In this document: positions 20,035-29,577 of the stretch, in pieces | How positions within the stretch are numbered: position 1 is the first letter of the stretch | How the letters are laid out: every line of letters begins with the position of its first letter | Translations under genes and position numbers: made by a program | NCBI GenBank assembly: GCA_963806185.1 | Contig: CAWDXE010000007.1 | Location: 256,001-320,000, forward strand | Direction of reading: 5' to 3' | DNA length: 64,000 nt | From: an uncultured candidate division Zixibacteria bacterium | Lineage (GTDB): Bacteria; Zixibacteria; MSB-5A5; GN15; FEB-12 | The notes under the pieces: generated by a model | Database searches by the model: none | What the model saw: only the letters and a program-made list of their open reading frames with translations | What the model was told of the DNA's origin: nothing

Positions 20035-20951
20035 CGGCGTCCCATATCGGCCTGATCATATCTCTCTGTATCATCGGCGGCGGCCTGGTCTGGATGCTCG
20101 TGCGTACGATCAGGGGCAAGGTTGTCGAGCGCCGCATCGTTTTTCTCTTCATCGCCGTCTCTGTACTGGCGCCGATTCTCTTCCAGTTCACTTTCACCGA
20201 GACGGCCTCGCCGATTGTCAAAGGTGTCTTCGAACGGATAGAGGATCTTCCCCCGCGCTCAACCGTGCTGATCTCGTTTGATTTTGACCCGGCGATGGCG
20301 CCGGAAGTCCATCCGATGGCCAACGCACTTGTCCGGCACTGCCTGGTGAAGAAGCACAAAGTGGTCTTCATGGCCCTCTGGGCCACCGGTCAATCGCTGC
20401 TCAATCAGACACTGACCAATGTCGTAAGAGCCGAATTCCCCGAGGTCACCGAAGGGATCGATTACATCAATCTCGGCTACAAGGCGGGCAATGAGGGCGT
20501 ACTCAACGTCATCGTCACCGACCTGCGGAAGATGTTCCCCAACGATGTCAACAACCGCCCGCTCGACAGTATTCCCTGGATGAAAGACATCAAGTCTTGT
20601 CGCGACTTCAATTTGATCCTGACCATCGGCGGTGGTAAACCGGGAGCCAAAGAATGGGTGCTGTTTGTCGGCGATCCGGGCAATGTGCCGATCGCGGCCG
20701 GCCTCGCCGCGGTGTCTACGCCGCAGTTGTATCCCTATTATCCGAAACAACTTGTTGGCCTGTTGGGCGGAATCAAAGGGGCGGCTGAGTACGAATCGGA
20801 ACTTCGTAAGCGATATCCTCAGTTCCTGGCCGTCCCCGCACCTGGCCTTCTTATGATGGGACCACAGACGCTGGCTCACATGGTCATCATCATCTTCATC
20901 ATTTTCGGCAATATTGCCTACTTCCGTGGGCGGAAGCGAGGGGAGAAGTGA
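20031..20951 (+). CDS. Membrane module copy 2, subunit C
   Basis: ERRIVFLFIAV; FDFDPAMAPEVHPMA; DYINLGY; GLLGGIKGAAEYE; LAHMVIIIFIIFGN. Confidence 0.85.
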   Translation: MTASHIGLIISLCIIGGGLVWMLVRTIRGKVVERRIVFLFIAVSVLAPILFQFTFTETASPIVKGVFERIEDLPPRSTVLISFDFDPAMAPEVHPMANALVRHCLVKKHKVVFMALWATGQSLLNQTLTNVVRAEFPEVTEGIDYINLGYKAGNEGVLNVIVTDLRKMFPNDVNNRPLDSIPWMKDIKSCRDFNLILTIGGGKPGAKEWVLFVGDPGNVPIAAGLAAVSTPQLYPYYPKQLVGLLGGIKGAAEYESELRKRYPQFLAVPAPGLLMMGPQTLAHMVIIIFIIFGNIAYFRGRKRGEK

Positions 20952-21766
20952 TGAAGCGCTCAACCGTGATCCTCTCCATCATCATAGCCATTCTGTTCAT
21001 CATCAGTTGGGCCCTCAAGGCTCGGACTGCAGCGCCGGACGACAACGGAATGCTCAATGGATTTCTGGTGACTTTCGCCGCCTTTCTGACGTTGGCGATC
21101 TTCTCGTTCCTGTACCAGGACAATCCGTTTTACAAATTTGCGGAGCATCTTTATGTCGGCGTTTCCGCCGCCTATTGGATGACACTTGGATTCTGGTCGA
21201 CTATTGTTGGAAACCTGATTCCGCGGTTGTCGGAGAGAATATCGGGTTGGTTCCTGGTACCGTACAATCCGGGGGAATACAATTTCATTTACTGGATACC
21301 GGTCATACTCGGTCTGCTGTTGCTGATGCGGCTTTCGCCCAAAGGGGGGTGGTTATCGCGCTGGGCGCTGGCCTTCATCGTCGGCACGACGGCTGGATTG
21401 AATTTTGTGCGCTATCTCCGCTCCGATTTTGTGGAACAGGTTTCAGCCAGTTTTCTCCCGCTGCTCGGGACAAACTGGCAGGGGTTTGGCGCATTCATCG
21501 CCAACATAGATTTGAATGCCTCAGGTCAGTTCGTGGCTATTTTGTCCAACTGGGTAATATTTACTGGCGTTGTGTGCGGAATTATCTATTTCTTCTTCTC
21601 CAAAGAGCACACCGGCGCTTTCGGCAAGGCCTCGCGCTACGGAATCTGGATTCTTATGATCACCTTTGGCGCCGCATTCGGCTACACGGTGATGGGCCGT
21701 ATCTCGCTCTTGGTTGGACGACTGACATTTCTTTTCAGGGACTGGTTGGGAATGACGATTAGTTAA
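20951..21766 (+). CDS. Membrane module copy 2, subunit D
   Basis: AFLTLAIFSFLYQDNPFYKFAEHLYVGVSAAY; YFFFSKEHTGAFG; LMITFGAAFGYTVMGR. Confidence 0.85.
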   Translation: MKRSTVILSIIIAILFIISWALKARTAAPDDNGMLNGFLVTFAAFLTLAIFSFLYQDNPFYKFAEHLYVGVSAAYWMTLGFWSTIVGNLIPRLSERISGWFLVPYNPGEYNFIYWIPVILGLLLLMRLSPKGGWLSRWALAFIVGTTAGLNFVRYLRSDFVEQVSASFLPLLGTNWQGFGAFIANIDLNASGQFVAILSNWVIFTGVVCGIIYFFFSKEHTGAFGKASRYGIWILMITFGAAFGYTVMGRISLLVGRLTFLFRDWLGMTIS

Positions 21767-21792
21767 CGCTTCTCTTGTGACAGAGAGGGAGT

Positions 21793-23317
21793 ATGCAATA
21801 CATTCTACGATTCTGTCTGGCCATGGCAATGCTATCTGCCGTTGCTTCGGCCCAGACCGATCCCCCGCAGGCTGCGCCCGGAGATTCGGCCGCGACTGCG
21901 GTGGTGACCGCCACACTTGCCGTTCCGCCGGCACCGCCCACCGAGGTAGCCGGTCGGGACACGAAGAATGATCACGGTCATTCGGTTACGGTGACCTGGC
22001 AAAAATCGGCTGACGATAGCGCCGGGGCCAATACCGTGATCGGGTACCAGGTTTTTCGCTGGATTCCATTTTACATCGATACACTGGACTTGCTTCGCCG
22101 CCGGATCGACTCGGTCGCTCAAAAGCGCGCCGAGTACGAGGTCTACATCGATCGCTCGGGCAACCGGATCAGCTCCGCGACGCCCGAAGCGCAGAAAGTA
22201 ATCCAGGATTCCGTCAGCGGGATGGAAGTCGCGCAGCCGAAACTCGCGGCTCTCGAGAGCCAGTTGCGCGATGAGTTTGAGACTGGCGTGCAGACGCTCC
22301 CCGAGAAGCACAAGTCGTATCCGAACCATGGCGAATTCAGGGCGGTTGGCGCCACCCCCGCCGGGACTACTTTGCTGATCAATTCCGGGTCCAAAGAGAA
22401 GGAATCAGGATCATACATCCCCGACTATTCTGATTTCTACTACAGAGTTGATGCGCTGACGGTCGACACAACGGTGCGATCGTCCTCCGAGGTCTGCGGA
22501 CCGGTGCAATGTAAGGGGCAGTGGTTCAACACCGGGCGTATACCCGTCCTGACCGCGGTCCTGATTTTCGCGGCACTAACCATGTGGTTTGTCTACCGTG
22601 CCAAACGAGGCGCCGACCTCTACGTTCGGCCGCTCGCCGGCATTGAGGCGGTCGACGACGCTATCGGTCGTGCCACCGAAATGGGCAAACCGATTCTTTA
22701 CGTACTTGGTCTGGGCACAGCGGCCGACATTGCCACTATCGCCTCATTCACGATTCTCGGCCGCGTCGCCAAGCGGGTGGCGGAATATCAGACCGACCCT
22801 GATTGTGCCGTGCTACGATCCGATCGTGATGTCGGTCGCACAGGAGGTGGTCAAGTCGTCCTATCTCGACGCCGGCCGCCCTGACGCCTATAAGGAAGAT
22901 CACGTCTATTTCGTCACGCAGTCGCAGTTCGCATACGTCGCTGCAGTCAACGGTATCATGCTTCGCGAGCTGCCGGCGACCAACGTCTACATGGGCAAGT
23001 TCTACGCGGAATCGCTGCTGCTGGCGGAAACCGGGGCGCTGGCCGGGTCGATTCAGATCTCCGGCACCGATGAGGTGTCTCAGATTCCATTCTTCGTCGT
23101 CGCGTGTGACTACACGCTGATCGGCGAGGAACTCTACGCCGCGTCGGCCTATCTTGCGCGCGAACCCCTGCTTCTGGGATCGCTCAAAGCGCAGGATTAT
23201 GCCAAGGCGGCCGTTATCATTCTGGCCATTGTCGGTATGCTGGCGGTCAATATCGGCGCCGCGGCGAATTCTCAATGGCTGATGGCTTTCAAAAACATTT
23301 TCCAGGTCGTGGACTAG
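21793..23317 (+). CDS. Membrane module copy 3, subunit A (FN3-like with helical insertion + DUF6754-like); +1 frameshift near 22795
   Basis: ORFs 21793..22884 and 22589..23317 join into one paralogue (AGIEAVDDAIGRATEMG / FYAESLLLAETG / ACDYTLIGEELYAASAYL). Confidence 0.8.
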
Positions 23318-23327
23318 GAGGGCGCAG

Positions 23328-23978
23328 ATGAAACGACAACTTCCATTTGTCCTGGTGTTCATCTCCGGCGTCTTCATGATTTTCCAGTACTTCGTGCCTC
23401 ATGAAAAGTCGGAATGGCTCTACGAATACTTGCTCGACTGGATCACGATCATCGGGATATTTGCCCTGGCGCTCGGGATCTGGTCGCTGATTCTGGTGAG
23501 CGTAGACAAAATCAAGAACCGGCGGCTGCACTGGCAGTACAGCATCGTAACGCTGGCCGGCCTGTTCCTGATGATTCTCTTCGGCTTTACCGCTCAAATC
23601 GACGGTCACTGGGGATTTTACTTCTATACGCAGGAAGGGCTCACCAATCCGCCGTTCCGCCGTTTCTTTGAGTTTGTGCTGACGCCGATTCAGGCGACTA
23701 TGTTCGCGCTGCTGGCGTTCTACATCGCATCAGCGGCCTACCGCGCTTTCCGCGCGCGCAATGTGCTGGCGACGTTGCTTCTGTGTGCCGCCATCATTCT
23801 GATGCTCCGCTTCTCACCGGGCTTCGGTGACTACCTGTCCAAGACGGCCAGTTGGCTCCTCAATGTGCCGACGCTGGCGGCCAACCGTGCGATCATCATC
23901 GGCATCGGACTCGGCATGGTGGCCACCGCGCTCAAGGTCATTCTCGGCATCGAACGCGGCTACATGGGGAAAGGGTGA
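23328..23978 (+). CDS. Membrane module copy 3, subunit B
   Basis: MKRQLP; FALLAFYIASAAYRAFRARN; LKVILGIERGYMG. Confidence 0.85.
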   Translation: MKRQLPFVLVFISGVFMIFQYFVPHEKSEWLYEYLLDWITIIGIFALALGIWSLILVSVDKIKNRRLHWQYSIVTLAGLFLMILFGFTAQIDGHWGFYFYTQEGLTNPPFRRFFEFVLTPIQATMFALLAFYIASAAYRAFRARNVLATLLLCAAIILMLRFSPGFGDYLSKTASWLLNVPTLAANRAIIIGIGLGMVATALKVILGIERGYMGKG

Positions 23979-23981
23979 TCT

Positions 23982-24867
23982 ATGGCACAACAAGAAAATA
24001 TCTTTGATCACCTGATGTCGCTGGATCGCCGGTGGGTATTTCTCCTGCTCGTGATCGTCTGCGTTATCGGCTATGTCGCCGACTACGAAGTGCCGATTCT
24101 GGTCCAGCGTGAAGTGAAGTCGATCTACACGTTCATTGACACGCTAAAACCGAGACCAGACGATCTTCGTCGCGATCGACTACGATCCGAACTCTCAGGC
24201 CGAGCTCCATCCGATGACTTACGCCATCATGGAGCAGGCCTTCCGCAAGAACCTGAAGGTCATCTTCACGGCTCTGTCGCAGAACGGCCCCGGTATGGCC
24301 GATCAGGCGATTCGAGATATCGCCGATTCGGTTAAGCTCGATCGCACCTACAACGGTGTTGCGTACAAGGGGCGCGAAATCGTCAACGGTGTCGATTACG
24401 CGTTTCTCGGCTACAAACCGTACTACGCGCTGCACATTCTCGGCATGGGGCAGAATTTCCGCCTACCGTTCCCGAACGACTACTACGGCACGCCGCTGGA
24501 TTCGCTGCCGGTGATGAACGGTATCCTGAATTACAGTCAGGTGGCGTGTGTGATCGATCTTTCGTCGGGAAATATTACCGACGCCTGGATTTCTTACGGT
24601 CAGGGACGCTTCGACTTCCCGCTGGCGCTCGCGGTGACCGGCGTGCAAGCCACGCAGTACTATCCGTTTCTCAACTCCGGCCAGGTGTTCGGCATCATGG
24701 GTGGAATGCTGGGAGCGGCGCAGTATGAGAAACTGGCCGATAACCCGGGGCTGGCCATAGACGCCATGCGTGTGCACCTGCCCGCGCACTAGATGATCAT
24801 TGCATTCATCATCCTGGGCAATGTCGGCTTTCTCATGAGCCGTCGCGCAAGAAAGTTAGGGAGGTAA
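23982..24867 (+). CDS. Membrane module copy 3, subunit C; +1 frameshift near 24152 and in-frame TAG at 24790-24792
   Basis: LDRRWVFL; restored IDYDPNSQAELHPM; DYAFLGY; GIMGGMLGAAQYE. After the TAG the frame continues MIIAFIILGNVGF, matching the C-terminal TM of the paralogues, to TAA at 24867. Confidence 0.75.
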
Positions 24868-24872
24868 GGCAT

Positions 24873-25673
24873 ATGGAATTCTCAACCTATCTCTGGACGA
24901 CGCTCGCCGCTTTCCTGACTTTGTGCACGTTTTCGTTTCTGTACAAGGACAATCCGTTCTACCGGTTCGCCGAACATCTCGTGGTCGGCGTCTCGGCGGG
25001 CTACTTCGTGATTATTCTCTGGCACAATTCGCTCGTGCCGAACCTGTTTCAGCGATTGGCTGATGGCACGCCATGGCTCCTGTGGATTGACTCGTCGCAC
25101 CCCTGGTACCTGATACCGGCCCTGCTCGGCTTCATGATGTTCTCTCGTTTTTCGAGAGATTACACCTGGGTTTCGCGATGGCCGATGGCGCTGTATATCG
25201 GTATTTCCGCCGGCCTGGCCGTGCCGCTTGAAATGTCAAACCGCGTCAACAAGCAGTTGTATGCGGCGATGTCGAACTTCAATTGGTCGTACTTCGGTGG
25301 GTCGGGGTTCCTCGACACCATGTCAGGCTATTCGCAATTGATCATCTTCGTCGGTGCGATCGCGGCGCTCATATACTTTTTCTTTTCCAAGGCCCATACC
25401 GGCGCCTTTGGCGGAATCGCGAAATTCGGCTTGTGGATCCTGATGATCGGCTTCGGCGCGTCGTTCGGCTTCACGGTTATGGCGCGTATCTCGCTGTTTA
25501 TCAATCGTATTCAGTTCCTCGATAAATCATGGATTCAGACCGCCTTCAATGCGGAGAATGCGCATTACAACGGCGGGTTCAAGATTGTCTTTGCCCTCGT
25601 CGTCCTTATTGTTTTGGCGTACATTGTGTTGGAGTTGTTGAAGCACCTGCGGCGGCAAAGTGCGCAATCGTAG
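24873..25673 (+). CDS. Membrane module copy 3, subunit D
   Basis: AFLTLCTFSFLYKDNPFYRFAEHLVVGVSAGY; YFFFSKAHTGAFG; LMIGFGASFGFTVMAR; extra C-terminal TM. Confidence 0.85.
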   Translation: MEFSTYLWTTLAAFLTLCTFSFLYKDNPFYRFAEHLVVGVSAGYFVIILWHNSLVPNLFQRLADGTPWLLWIDSSHPWYLIPALLGFMMFSRFSRDYTWVSRWPMALYIGISAGLAVPLEMSNRVNKQLYAAMSNFNWSYFGGSGFLDTMSGYSQLIIFVGAIAALIYFFFSKAHTGAFGGIAKFGLWILMIGFGASFGFTVMARISLFINRIQFLDKSWIQTAFNAENAHYNGGFKIVFALVVLIVLAYIVLELLKHLRRQSAQS

Positions 25674-25725
25674 GGCAAAGTAGTCAAAGTTTTTATATTG
25701 CATCGCAAACACCGGTATTAAACAT

Positions 25726-25764
25726 TGGGCGAGCGGAACTCAGAGCCGTTCGCCCAGTTCTTTT
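25726..25764 (+). terminator. Probable intrinsic terminator of the 12-gene run
   Basis: Stem TGGGCGAGCGG/CCGTTCGCCCA (one G-U pair) followed by GTTCTTTT. Confidence 0.65.
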
Positions 25765-25946
25765 GGGTGACTGGTGACCCCTTTGGCGGACATGGTGTTG
25801 ACCCGCGACGTCGGGTCGGCCGAGGAAACATGATTTGCAACAGCAAGGGAACCAATGAGTTGCGATGAATTGACAAAGTAGGACCTTTAACTCGTTTGAC
25901 GTAAGGAGGTTAGGCGGGATTTTTTCTATTTTCTATCATTTTCTGC

Positions 25947-25975
25947 TTGACATACGGGCAAAGTTTTCCTATGAT
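25947..25975 (+). promoter_or_regulatory. Near-consensus sigma70 promoter
   Basis: TTGACA - 17 bp - TATGAT, about 80 bp upstream of ATG 26058. Confidence 0.8.
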
Positions 25976-26057
25976 TGGCGCGGTGTGAGGAACCACCACC
26001 TATTGCTGTTGTAAATTCAAGGGTAGCAACGTCAAACACAGGGAAAGTGAGGTGGGT

Positions 26058-26420
26058 ATGGCTCGGACTGGCAAATCTGCCCTAGCCACATCTGCATCCA
26101 CCGAGGCTACCAGCCAGGGGGAACAGCCGAGAGAAGCGGGCACACACGCTACCGCCAGATTGTCGACCGCGGAGGCCCGTCGGGAATATCAGCGTCGATA
26201 CTACCAAATGCACAAGGAAAAGGCTAAGGAGTATCAGCGGCAGTACAACCTGACACACAAGAAGAAAGCGCGCGGGGGACGGGGCAAGACGAGTTTCTTG
26301 CAGTCCCGCGAAGTTGTCCGGTCGACGTTTAACACCGGTGATATCATGCACTCGCCGGTCGAAAAGACGCTCAAAATGCTGGAAAAGATCATCCGTGGAG
26401 AACGTTTATTCACCATGTAA
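26058..26420 (+). CDS. Small basic hypothetical protein, possibly nucleic-acid binding
   Basis: RBS GAGG; tandem motif REYQRRYY / KEYQRQYN; K/R-rich KKKARGGRGK; consensus promoter upstream. Confidence 0.7.
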   Translation: MARTGKSALATSASTEATSQGEQPREAGTHATARLSTAEARREYQRRYYQMHKEKAKEYQRQYNLTHKKKARGGRGKTSFLQSREVVRSTFNTGDIMHSPVEKTLKMLEKIIRGERLFTM

Positions 26421-26576
26421 GCGATCTGGCACCGGCGACAGAGACAAAACAAACGATTCTTGGGCGGTCGATGGGGAATGAGCTAATTCGATCGCCTTTT
26501 TTATTGCGGGCGGGCGATTTCTGGTTAGATTTGAAGGTTCGTTTGGGAATATGTTGTTCGGAATTAAGGAGATAGT

Positions 26577-29357
26577 ATGCCAGCCAAAACAGTAACCGGG
26601 GCAAAGAAGGCGGCTGTCGAAAAAGCTCCCTCTCAGAAGCCTGCTCGTAAATCCAGCGCCGAGGCCAAGGCCGCCCATTACACAGGGAAGTATTACTACT
26701 TCTTTGGCGACGGCAAGGCCGACGGCCGTGCCGATATGAAGGAACTTCTCGGTGGCAAAGGGGCCAATCTGGCCGAGATGACCAATGCCGGGGTTCCGGT
26801 GCCTCCGGGTTTCACCATCACCACCGAGGTCTGCCGCATATTCTATCAGAATAATATGCGCGTCCCGAAGGATATCGACCATGAACTTGAAGAATTGGTC
26901 GGTCAAGATTGAGAAAGCCTCGGGCAAGAAATTCGGCGATCCGGCCAACCCGCTGCTCGTGTCCGTCCGCTCCGGCGCCAAGTTCTCCATGCCCGGCATG
27001 ATGGACACGATTCTTAATCTCGGTCTTAACGAGGAAACGGTCGAAGGGCTCATCAAGAAGACCAACAATCCGCGCTTCGCACTGGACAACTATCGCCGCT
27101 TCATTGCCATGTTCGGCAATGTCGTGCTCGGCATCGACAAGGAAGAATTCGAAGAAGTCATTACCAAGAAGAAGAAAGAGCGCCGCGTCAAGCAGGACAG
27201 CTCGCTTCAGGTCGACGATCTCAAGGACATCGTCAAAAAATTCAAGCAGATTATCAACCGCAAGTCTGGCGAGCAGTTCCCGGATGATCCTTGGGACCAG
27301 CTTCGCATGGCCCGGGACGCCGTCTTTCGCACTTGGAACAACCCGCGCGCCATCACCTATCGGCGTCTGAACAACATTCCCGCCGATCTCGGCACGGCGG
27401 TCAATATCCAGGCGATGGTCTTCGGTAACATGGGGAATCAATCGGCGACCGGTGTCGGCTTCACCCGTAATCCTTCCAACGGCGTCAAGGAATTCTACGG
27501 TGAGTATCTGGTCAACGCGCAGGGCGAGGATGTCGTGGCCGGCGTACGTACGCCGCAGCCGATCAAGGATCTGGGCAACGAGATGCCGGCGATCTACAAG
27601 CAGCTGAAGGACATCACCACGCGCCTCGAAAAGCACTACCGCGACATCCAGGACTTCGAGTTCACCATCGAGGAAGGTGAGCTGTACATGCTGCAGACGC
27701 GCAACGGCAAGCGGACGGTGCAGGCGGCAGTCAAGATCGCCGTCGACATGGTGAAGGAGAAGCTGATCACCAAGGAAGAGGCGCTCATGCGGATCGAGCC
27801 GGCACAGATCGATCAGCTGCTGCATCCGCGCATTGACCCGAAGGCGACTTATGATGTCGTCGCCAAGGGATTGGCCGGCGTCGCCGGGCGCAGCCTGCGG
27901 TCGCGTCTACTTTACGGCCGAAGACGCCGTAAAGCACGGCGCAGAAGGAATCGGTGATTCTCGTCCGTGACGAAACCAACCCGGACGATATCGAAGGGAT
28001 GAACGTCGCAGTGGGCATTCTGACCGCTCGCGGCGGGATGACCTCGCATGCGGCGGTGGTTGCGCGCGGTATGGGCAAATGCTGTGTCACCGGCGCCGAG
28101 ACGGTGCGCGTCAATCATCATAAGAAATTCTTCCAGGTCGGCACGCTGACCATTAAAGAAGGCGAAGTTGTCACGCTCAATGGTTCGACCGGTGAAGTCA
28201 TTCTCGGCTCGGTACCGACAATTGAGCCGGAATTGTCCGGGGAATTCTCGGAGCTGATGAGATGGGCGGACGAAATCCGTACGCTCAAAGTTCGCGCCAA
28301 TGCCGACATCCCGCGCGATGCGATCCAGGCGATCAAGTTCGGCGCCGAAGGGATCGGCCTCTGCCGTACCGAGCACATGTTCTTCGCCGAGGATCGCATT
28401 CCGATCGTGCAGGAGATGATTCTGGCCGATACGCCCGAGGCCCGTCAGGCCGCCCTCGACAAGCTCTTGCCTTTCCAGAAGAAGGATTTCAAGGGGTTGT
28501 TCGACGCCATGGACGGATTGCCGGTGACTATTCGGACGCTCGATCCGCCGCTTCACGAGTTCCTGCCGCGGAAGGAAGAGATCGAGGCCCGTATCAAGGG
28601 GCTGGATCCCAAAGGGGACAACTACGAGGACGATCTTGCGGCATTGCAGAAGACGCTCAAGCGAATCGACGAGCTCCATGAGCTGAATCCGATGCTGGGT
28701 CATCGCGGCTGCCGTCTTGGCATCGTTTTCCCCGAGATCACTGAGATGCAGGTGCGCGCAATCATCCAGGCCGCCTGTGACATCCAGAAGACCGGCAAAA
28801 AGGTATTCCCGGAAATCATGATTCCACTGATTGGACATGTTAACGAGTTCCTCAACCAGAAGGAAGTAGTGCATCGGGTTGCGAATGAGATGATCAGCAA
28901 GACGAAGATGAAGGATCTGAAGTATCTGGTCGGTACGATGATCGAAATTCCCCGGGCGGCAATAACGGCCGACGAGATAGCCGCTGAGGCCGAGTTCTTC
29001 AGCTTCGGCACCAACGATTTGACGCAGATGACGATGGGCTTCTCGCGCGACGACGCCGGGAAGTTCCTCGGCTATTACGTCAAGAACGGTATCCTCCCGG
29101 GCGATCCCTTCGTGTCGATCGACCAAAACGGCGTGGGCCAGTTGGTCAAGATGGGCAAGGAGAGGGGTCGGAGCGTTCGTCCTGACCTCAAGGTGGGTGT
29201 TTGCGGTGAACATGGTGGTGACCCGACTTCGATAGAGTTTTTCCACTCGATCGGTCTCGATTACGTCTCCTGCTCGCCCTACCGGGTGCCGATCGCACGG
29301 CTGGCTGCGGCCCAGGCGACGATCAAGTCAGGTGACAAGGCGAAGAAGAACAAGTAA
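26577..29357 (+). CDS. ppdK: Pyruvate, phosphate dikinase; three +1 frameshifts (near 26900, 27874, 27945)
   Basis: [30 protein letters not shown], phospho-His motif [43 protein letters not shown]. Confidence 0.95.
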
Positions 29358-29379
29358 ACCACTTTAAGCGATATGAGCG

Positions 29380-29411
29380 AAGGCCGCCAACTCCTTGTGG
29401 CGGCCTTTCTT
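29380..29411 (+). terminator. Intrinsic terminator after ppdK
   Basis: Stem AAGGCCGCCA/TGGCGGCCTT followed by TCTT. Confidence 0.75.
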
Positions 29412-29577
29412 ATGCCGGACACGAAAGGGACGAAAGTGGGAACTTTCCCTTGACTTTTCGCGTCTGTGCCGTTCCTTTGCCTCCAAAATTGAACTTAAGG
29501 AAAATTTCCCGCATCGCGCTTGAGGATGGCCTCTCCGGCCCCTCGCTCCATTCCGGGATACAGCATCTGAGCCTACC

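Noticed and set aside
24790..24792. In-frame TAG in copy-3 subunit C as pyrrolysine or stop-codon reassignment
   Set aside because: It aligns with Leu/Met in a TM helix of the paralogues (one base from TTG), and TAG is used as a normal stop elsewhere (e.g. 15760, 16409, 18107). Most likely an error or a recent nonsense mutation.
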